Virus record (IMG/VR): IMGVR_UViG_2706794677_000009
Direction: 5' to 3' (one strand)
Length of the DNA: 5,360 nucleotides
DNA from: a virus
Taxonomy: Duplodnaviria; Heunggongvirae; Uroviricota; Caudoviricetes
Shown: positions 1-5,360 of the stretch, piece by piece
Numbering within the stretch: the first letter of the stretch is position 1
Layout of the letters: every line of letters begins with the position of its first letter
Program-made: the position numbers and the translations under genes
Notes under the pieces: generated by a model
Told to the model about the DNA's origin: nothing
The model's input: only the letters and a program-made list of their open reading frames with translations
The model's database searches: none

Positions 1-709
1 GGTTTGGGCATGATACTGATGTAGTCACGCTTTATCGTTTTCACGAAGCTCTCTGCTATTCCGTTACTCTCCGGACTCCGCACCGCCGTGTTCTTCGGTT
101 CAAGTCCCAACATCCGGGCGAACTGGCGTGTTTCATTAGCCCGGTAGCATGAACCATTATCCGTCAGCCACTCCACTGGAGACGACGGAAGATCGTTGCC
201 GAAGCGGCGTTCCACCGCTCCCAGCATGACGTCCTGTACTGTTTCACTGTTGAAGCCGCCGGTAGTCACCGCCCAGTGCAGTGCCTCACGATCACAGCAG
301 TCCAGCGCGAACGTGACACGCAGTCTCTCTCCGTTATCACAGCAGAACTCGAACCCGTCAGAGCACCATCGCTGATTGCTTTCTTTCACGGCCACTCTGC
401 CTGTATGTGCCCGTTTCGATGGCGGTACAGCAGGTTTTCGCTCAAGCAACAGCGCATTCTGGCGCATGATCCGGTAAACACGTTTGGCATTGATCGCAGG
501 CATACCATCAAGTTCTGCCTGTCTGCGAAGCAGCGCCCATACCCGACGATAACCATACGTGGGCAGCTCTCCGATAACATGGTGTATACGGAGAAGCACA
601 TCCGTATCATCAGTGTGACGACTGCGGCGGCCATCCATCCAGTCATCGGTTCGTCTGAGAATGACGTGCAACTGCGCACGCGACACCCGGAGACAACGGC
701 TGACTAAGC

Positions 710-1457
<748 letters not shown>

Positions 1458-1515
1458 CGAAAGTATTTAGCGGGCATGAAAATGGCAAATAACGGTCAAA
1501 CATCGTGGCGTTGAC
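1458..1515 (+). mobile_element. Probable right terminal region of the IS21-family element (istB stop to element end, ending ...GTTGACA/C)
   Basis: A ~58-bp segment between the istB stop and the start of the IS2 repeat, ending in ...CA as IS21-family termini usually do. The boundary is inferred and uncertain by 1-2 bp. Confidence 0.4.
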
Positions 1516-1671
1516 ACAATTGCGATCTTTTCCTGTGTGGTACGCCGTCTGCGTTTCTCCGGCCCTAAGACATCAATCATCTGTACTCCAATGACTAGTC
1601 TAAAAACTAGTATTAAGACTATCACTTATTTAAGTGATACTGGTTGTCTGGAGATTCAGGGGGCCAGTCTA
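1516..1671 (-). repeat. Truncated IS2 left end (terminal 156 bp including the inverted repeat and the first ~20 codons of insC); exact direct repeat of 1011..1166
   Basis: Base-by-base comparison of 1011..1166 with 1516..1671 shows identity over 156 bp. The flanking bases differ (1010 a vs 1515 c). Confidence 0.9.
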
Positions 1672-1791
1672 CGGACATTTTCTGCCTGTGGACCAGGAAA
1701 GTGCACGGGTGCTTTCCACTCCCATGAAGCCCGGCAATCCGCGCAGATACAGTAATAAACGAACTGACAGCAGTAAGATGGAGCGTTTCTT

Positions 1792-2049
1792 TTGAACAAC
1801 CAGACAATGACTTTTACCCCTGAACAATTGCGTAAACACGCGCAGGAAATGCTGCGTCATGCTGAACAACTCGAAAAAACGGGCATAACAAAAGACGCTA
1901 TCCGTAAAGATATGGTACCCGCGCTTCGGGAACTGATGCAGGCGAAGCATCGCGCACAGAAAGCAGTAGATGAGCTGGTGGACTGTGTGGCAGAGCTGGA
2001 AACCAGAGTCGGAAAGTTTGAAAAACTGGTGCAGGAGGTGCTGCGCTGA
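1792..2049 (+). CDS. Hypothetical small phage protein (nin-region type, predicted helical/coiled-coil); start is TTG 1792 or ATG 1807
   Basis: Open frame of 85 codons with a GGAG Shine-Dalgarno-like motif (1780..1783) about 8 nt before TTG 1792. Its stop TGA (2047..2049) overlaps the ATG of the next gene (TGATG). Charged, heptad-like sequence. No family recognised. Confidence 0.55.
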   Translation: MNNQTMTFTPEQLRKHAQEMLRHAEQLEKTGITKDAIRKDMVPALRELMQAKHRAQKAVDELVDCVAELETRVGKFEKLVQEVLR

Positions 2050-2423
2050 TGCGCCATGAGTTTATTTTACCTTATCCGCCGACGGTGAATACTTACTGGC
2101 GACGTCGTGACAACACATATTTTGTATCAAAAGCCGGTGAGCGTTATCGCCGGGATGTGGCGCTTATTGTCCGTCAGCAGCGACTGAAATTAAGCCTGTC
2201 CGGAAGACTGGCGATAAAGATTATTGCAGAGCCACCGGATAAGCGCCGTCGTGACCTGGACAATATCCTGAAAGCACCACTGGATGCACTGACACATGCG
2301 GGAGTGTTAATGGACGATGAGCAGTTTGATGAAATCAATATCGTTCGTGGTCAGCCAGTATCTGGTGGACGTCTGGGGGTGAAGATTTACCCCATAATGC
2401 ATGAAGAGCAGGTCAAAAAATGA
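2049..2423 (+). CDS. rusA: RusA-family Holliday junction resolvase (endodeoxyribonuclease RusA)
   Basis: 124 aa. N-terminal LPYPPTVNTYW and the RRRDLDN acidic motif with C-terminal GGRLGVKIY follow the RusA pattern (E. coli RusA has LPWPPSNNRYY ... RRRDLDN). Sits directly upstream of Q, as in lambdoid nin regions. Confidence 0.85.
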   Translation: MRHEFILPYPPTVNTYWRRRDNTYFVSKAGERYRRDVALIVRQQRLKLSLSGRLAIKIIAEPPDKRRRDLDNILKAPLDALTHAGVLMDDEQFDEINIVRGQPVSGGRLGVKIYPIMHEEQVKK

Positions 2424-3274
2424 AACTGGAAGATTTACCGAAATACTACTCCCCAAAATCCCCTTGCCTGACCGATGCATCGGCCTCAACGTCAAAAGAT
2501 GCGCTGAGTATCACTGATGTGATGGCCGCGCAGGGCATGACACAGAATCGGGCTGAGATGGGGTTTTCTGCGTTCCTGGGGAAAATGGGCATCAGTATGA
2601 ATGACAGGGCGCGGGCAACAGAATTACTGGCAGATTATGCACTCAGTCGGTGCGATCGTGTGGCGGCGTTGAGAAAACTTCCGGCAGAAATAAAACCGGT
2701 AGTGATGCGCATTATGGCTTCGTACGCTTTTGAGGATTATGCCCGCAGCGCAGCGAGTAAAAAGCAGTGCCCTTGTTGCTATGGGGAAAAATTTATTGAA
2801 AGCGTAGTTTTTACAAACAAGGTCCAGTATCCGGATGGTAAGCCGCCGGTATGGGCAAAGTGTACGAAAGGTGTGTATCCGTCTTACTGGGAAGAATGGA
2901 AAAAAGTCAGGGAGGTGGTAAAAGTTGCCTGTCCGGAGTGTGGCGGAAAGGGTGAGGTTTCCACCGCCTGTAAGGATTGCCGTGGGCGTGGTGTCGCCAT
3001 TCATCGTGAAGAGTCGGTAAAACGTGGTATGCCTGTTATCAGAGACTGCCAGCGTTGTGGTGGTCGTGGCTATGAAAGACTACCATCAACGGAGGCATTT
3101 AATGCTATATGCGAGGTGACAAACCAGATAACACGCGCGTCATGGGAAAAAACAGTTAAGAAATTCTATGATGCGCTGGTGACTCGGTTTGATATTGAAG
3201 AAGCATGGGCTGAGCGGCAGTTAAAAAAGGTAACTAGGTTGATTTTTCCGGAATCTGTGGTAAATTCGTCATAA
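2420..3274 (+). CDS. Q: Late-gene antitermination protein Q (phage 82 / Qin QuuQ-like family) with a cysteine-rich zinc-binding region
   Basis: 284 aa. The N-terminus (LEDLPKYYSPKSPCLTDASASTSKDALSITDVMAAQGM) resembles my recollection of Qin-prophage QuuQ. Three CxxCxGxG repeats lie at aa 171-178, 184-191 and 210-217. The position (after rusA, before the terminator and tRNAs) is canonical for Q. ATGA start/stop overlap with rusA. Confidence 0.75.
   Translation: MKLEDLPKYYSPKSPCLTDASASTSKDALSITDVMAAQGMTQNRAEMGFSAFLGKMGISMNDRARATELLADYALSRCDRVAALRKLPAEIKPVVMRIMASYAFEDYARSAASKKQCPCCYGEKFIESVVFTNKVQYPDGKPPVWAKCTKGVYPSYWEEWKKVREVVKVACPECGGKGEVSTACKDCRGRGVAIHREESVKRGMPVIRDCQRCGGRGYERLPSTEAFNAICEVTNQITRASWEKTVKKFYDALVTRFDIEEAWAERQLKKVTRLIFPESVVNSS
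3239..3266 (+). promoter_or_regulatory. Candidate late promoter pR' (sigma70-like: -35 TTGATT, 16-bp spacer, extended -10 TGgTAAATT), overlapping the last codons of Q
   Basis: TTGATT at 3239..3244 and TAAATT at 3261..3266 preceded by TG at 3258..3259. A terminator ~45 nt downstream fits the short pR'-tR' unit of lambdoid phages. Hexamer matches are imperfect. Confidence 0.4.
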
Positions 3275-3313
3275 CTATGGGCGTTTTATGCCTGACGTTA
3301 GAAGAGTTTCTAC

Positions 3314-3340
3314 AACCCGCCGCCGAGCGGGTTTTTTATT
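3314..3340 (+). terminator. Intrinsic terminator (candidate tR'): 6-7 bp GC stem ACCCGC/GCGGGT, 6-nt loop, then TTTTTTATT
   Basis: 3315..3320 pairs with 3327..3332, followed by the T-run 3332..3340. Confidence 0.6.
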
Positions 3341-3367
3341 GCGGAATTAATTACGGACCGTTATTAT
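3339..3367 (+). promoter_or_regulatory. Possible promoter for the tRNA genes (-35 TTGCGG, 17-bp spacer, -10 TATTAT)
   Basis: TTGCGG at 3339..3344 and TATTAT at 3362..3367. The -10 ends 10 nt before the mature tRNA 5' end at 3377. The -35 is weak. Confidence 0.3.
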
Positions 3368-3376
3368 TCTGCTCCC

Positions 3377-3452
3377 GGCCCTTTAGCTCAGTGGTGAGAG
3401 CGAGCGACTCATAATCGCCAGGTCGCTGGTTCAAATCCAGCAAGGGCCACCA
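3377..3452 (+). tRNA. tRNA with anticodon CAU, most likely tRNA-Ile2 (lysidine type, decodes AUA); elongator tRNA-Met not excluded
   Basis: Manually folded 76-nt cloverleaf: acceptor GGCCCTT/AAGGGCC, D-arm GCTC-AGTGGTGA-GAGC, anticodon loop CTCATAA, T-arm GCTGG-TTCAAAT-CCAGC, discriminator A, encoded CCA. Close to my recollection of E. coli ileX and of the ileZ gene of Stx phages. Confidence 0.88.
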
Positions 3453-3552
3453 TCACAAACCGCCATTAGCTTATCAGGAAGAGCAGACGACACGATAACA
3501 GGGTTGTTGGTGCGGGGGCGGGTCCCCGATGGCGGTCCATTATCGGTATTCA

Positions 3553-3629
3553 GCGTTGTTAGCTCAGCCGGACAGAGCAATTGCCTTCTAAGCAATCGGT
3601 CACTGGTTCGAATCCAGTACAGCGCGCCA
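3553..3629 (+). tRNA. tRNA-Arg, anticodon UCU (decodes AGA/AGG)
   Basis: Manually folded 77-nt cloverleaf: acceptor GCGTTGT/ACAGCGC (one G-U pair), D-arm GCTC...GAGC, anticodon stem ATTGC/GCAAT with loop CTTCTAA, T-arm ACTGG-TTCGAAT-CCAGT, discriminator G, encoded CCA. Confidence 0.9.
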
Positions 3630-3739
3630 TATTCATTCTTCCAGATTCCTTCCGGCAGAGCCTTATACTGAAATATACCTGGCTCAGGATATTGTTGAAA
3701 ATATTTTATGTTTGTCAAAAATAAAAGTTCTGTTAAGTA

Positions 3740-4093
3740 TTGATTGAGTGTTTGTTATACGGTCTAATGGTTTTTTCAGCATTAAATATTTATCATTCAT
3801 ATGGTGTGGGTAGAGTGAATATTGATGAGGCGTCGGGGTGTTTCATCCTTAGGCAGCGTATTGATATAGTCAATGCAGCACGAGCAAAGGCCTTCAGCCG
3901 TTTGACAGTTTTGTTCTGTACTCCTGATCGTCTTTCGGGAAGAGACGTTATTATTCTGAATAGTGATGCTATACAGAGGGTTTGCGATGAGTTCATGGTT
4001 GCTAATTCAGAATTATTTGCTCTTGTTCAGGAGTACAACAGAATAGCCAGGACCTGTGGTATGGATGAACTTCGGATTACTCATCTGGGGTAG
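3740..4093 (+). CDS. Hypothetical protein (orphan cargo gene, no family recognised); start codon uncertain (TTG 3740, ATG 3767, or an internal GTG)
   Basis: 354-nt open frame in AT-rich DNA directly downstream of the tRNAs. No convincing Shine-Dalgarno or own promoter found. Uses AGA and AUA codons. Stop TAG at 4091..4093. Confidence 0.45.
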   Translation: MIECLLYGLMVFSALNIYHSYGVGRVNIDEASGCFILRQRIDIVNAARAKAFSRLTVLFCTPDRLSGRDVIILNSDAIQRVCDEFMVANSELFALVQEYNRIARTCGMDELRITHLG

Positions 4094-4484
4094 ATACATA
4101 TCTGGATTATCACCTGTTACGGTAAAAAGTGATTGCTTACTGTTTTTGTGAATGGCATTGCAGCAGCCGGATAATGTCAGTGCTGGCTGACGGTGTGCTG
4201 GTGGCGGGTGTGGTGGTTGTTGCTTTCCCGTTGCTGAAAAAGAAAACGCCAGACTGTTAGCCGGGTATCAGTTAGCGGGAGAAATTTTTAAATACTTCAC
4301 AATTCAGGCGGTTGACTGTTGTCTGGTTTGCGGGGAGTTTGTTAAAAGAAACTGGCATGGTGAATCCCCCTGTGCGGAGGGGCAATCAGCGAGTAGGTAT
4401 ATGGGATAATCGCGGATTCAGGTGCTGGTACTGAATTCACCGGGAGGCACCCGGCACCATGCAATGGCACATAGCGCCACTCTC

Positions 4485-4520
4485 CAGCCCCTCTCCGGAG
4501 GGGCTGTTTATATTGATTTT
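4485..4520 (+). terminator. Strong intrinsic terminator: perfect 9-bp GC-rich stem CAGCCCCTC/GAGGGGCTG, 4-nt loop, then TTTATATTGATTTT
   Basis: 4485..4493 is the exact reverse complement of 4498..4506, followed by a T-rich tract on the plus strand only. It lies 21 bp from the stop of the convergent minus-strand gene. Confidence 0.65.
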
Positions 4521-4538
4521 GTCAGATGTGAGTAAACT

Positions 4539-4571
4539 CCTTATGGACTTTGTTGTTTTAGTCCATAAGGA
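4539..4571. repeat. Perfect 11-bp inverted repeat (TCCTTATGGAC ... GTCCATAAGGA) with a 11-nt T-rich spacer, spanning the stop codon of the minus-strand gene
   Basis: 4539..4549 is the exact reverse complement of 4561..4571. Confidence 0.8.
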
Positions 4572-4876
4572 CATATTTGCAGAGTGCAACGGTTATTAAA
4601 GCATTCATTCAATACGTTATCTGTATTTGTAGGGCATTCCTGGCTATTTTTGATTGAATTCCAGAATGTTTTATTGAATGGTACTACGTTGTAAATGGTT
4701 ACAGGTAGCACTTTGTTATTGAGCATGATGCCTGTGTGAGTCAGTGTAAATATACTTTCAGGAGGTAAGAAAGCATCCGATTGATACCAGATTATTAATT
4801 TTATTTTACTCCATATGACTGAAAAAGATATTCCGCATGATGGCTGGATAACTGTATCAATCACAATCCACTTCAT
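4541..4876 (-). CDS. Hypothetical 111-aa protein, Trp/aromatic-rich N-terminal part and C-terminal C-x11-C-x4-C-x4-C cluster; orphan cargo gene
   Basis: ATG at 4876 preceded by AAGGAAA about 6 nt upstream (good Shine-Dalgarno). Stop TAA at 4541..4543. AT-rich codon usage. Promoter-like hexamers lie upstream. No family recognised. Confidence 0.62.
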   Translation of the reverse strand: MKWIVIDTVIQPSCGISFSVIWSKIKLIIWYQSDAFLPPESIFTLTHTGIMLNNKVLPVTIYNVVPFNKTFWNSIKNSQECPTNTDNVLNECFNNRCTLQICPYGLKQQSP

Positions 4877-4916
4877 TTAGTTTCCTTGTTTATGCCTTGC
4901 TGGTGATGTTCTGAAA

Positions 4917-4943
4917 AGTATAAATGATATTTTTGAATGTAAA
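4917..4943 (-). promoter_or_regulatory. Candidate sigma70 promoter for the minus-strand gene (-35 TTTACA, 15-bp spacer, -10 TATACT)
   Basis: Minus strand reads TTTACA-ttcaaaaatatcatt-TATACT, about 40 nt upstream of the ATG at 4876. The spacer is shorter than optimal. Confidence 0.35.
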
Positions 4944-5136
4944 CCATAGAGCAGAATTATTTTTCTGATGTTGTTTATTGTTTATTTAAATGCAGGGTGG
5001 TTTATATCTCGTCTTGTAGTTTATCCATGCATATCTGCTTGATAATCAGGTTTTTATTTAAGGTATGGTTTTGTGTTTTTTCTGTATTACATGTCAGGTA
5101 TTTTAAAGAATTATTTTTCAGATGGTGGAAAGAACC

Positions 5137-5310
5137 ATGGCATTTAAACACTATGATGTTGTCAGGGCGGCGCCGCCGTCAGATCTTGCGGAAAAGCTGA
5201 CACATAAACTGAAAGAGGGCTGGCAGCCGTTTGGTAGTCCGGTGGCCATAACCCCTTATACCCTGAGGTGTACTGGCAATAGCGGACACTACCATTTGTT
5301 CTTTTTTTAA
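5137..5310 (+). CDS. Small hypothetical protein (57 aa from ATG 5137); resembles, from memory only, the small conserved prophage ORFs (DUF1737-like) that precede nanS-p esterase genes in lambdoid prophages
   Basis: ATG 5137 preceded by GGTGGAAAG (Shine-Dalgarno-like) and has E. coli-like codon usage. The track's 5122 start lacks a ribosome-binding site. Stop at 5308..5310. The family assignment is an unverified recollection. Confidence 0.5.
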   Translation: MAFKHYDVVRAAPPSDLAEKLTHKLKEGWQPFGSPVAITPYTLRCTGNSGHYHLFFF

Positions 5311-5360
5311 GCAGCCATCTGATGATATTTTTCCCTGAAGGCTGCCGGGGAGATATTCCC

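Noticed and set aside
276-707. 143-aa plus-strand ORF and the 97-aa minus-strand ORF at 386..679
   Set aside because: Both lie inside IS2 insD: one is antisense and the other is a frameshifted reading of the same DNA. The true insD frame matches the known InsD sequence at both ends.
1622-3004. Minus-strand ORFs 1622..1807, 1669..1950, 1857..2057, 2307..2495 and 2624..3004
   Set aside because: Each lies antisense to a plus-strand element with much better support (IS2 end, hypothetical/rusA/Q genes), and none has a ribosome-binding site or recognisable features.
3453-3552. Possible third tRNA in the spacer between the two tRNA genes (Stx phages carry ileZ-argN-argO)
   Set aside because: No D-arm, T-loop (TTCGAAT / TTCAAAT) or acceptor pairing could be found. 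At most it is a decayed remnant.
3431-3718. 95-aa minus-strand ORF
   Set aside because: It spans both tRNA genes on the opposite strand, so it is not a plausible protein gene.
3793-3996. 67-aa minus-strand ORF
   Set aside because: Fully contained antisense within the 117-aa plus-strand ORF, with no start signals.
3640-5136. Shiga toxin genes (stxA/stxB) in the canonical position after Q and the tRNAs
   Set aside because: No ORF of StxA size or sequence character is present (no signal peptide, no N-glycosidase motifs) and there is no B-subunit-sized partner. The slot holds unrelated orphan genes.
4997-5200. 67-aa plus-strand ORF
   Set aside because: Low-complexity translation of the AT-rich divergent promoter region that runs into the better-supported 5137..5310 gene in another frame.
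5311-5360. Hairpin GCAGCC ... GGCTGC after the last ORF as a terminator
   Set aside because: The loop is about 25 nt and there is no T-tract, so it is not a convincing intrinsic terminator.

Overview
This window reads as the late-regulatory region of a lambdoid (E. coli-type) prophage, with a nested insertion-sequence cluster on its left side. No tools were run: every identification rests on reading the sequence and on remembered family features, with no database search. Layout: (1) 1..1166, most of an IS2 element on the minus strand (insC complete, insD running off the window start), inserted into the 3' end of an IS21-family istB gene (1167..1457). That IS21-like remnant ends near 1515 and abuts a second, truncated IS2 left end (1516..1671) that is an exact 156-bp copy of 1011..1166. 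(2) 1792..3274, three translationally coupled plus-strand phage genes: a small hypothetical protein, a RusA-type Holliday junction resolvase, and a 284-aa Q-type late antiterminator carrying three CxxCxGxG repeats. (3) 3239..3340, a candidate late promoter pR' overlapping the Q 3' end, followed about 40 nt later by an intrinsic terminator (tR'). (4) Two tRNA genes, tRNA-Ile/Met (anticodon CAU) at 3377..3452 and tRNA-Arg (UCU) at 3553..3629, in the position where Stx phages carry tRNAs upstream of stx. (5) 3640..5136, an AT-rich cargo island in the slot where stx sits in Shiga-toxin phages. It holds an orphan 117-aa plus-strand ORF, a roughly 450-bp GC-richer non-coding segment ending in a strong intrinsic terminator, and a convergent minus-strand 111-aa Cys-rich orphan gene with its own promoter-like and Shine-Dalgarno signals. 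(6) 5137..5310, a small conserved-looking ORF. The cargo island is the best candidate for an undescribed accessory system, but I cannot assign a function to any of its genes from sequence alone.
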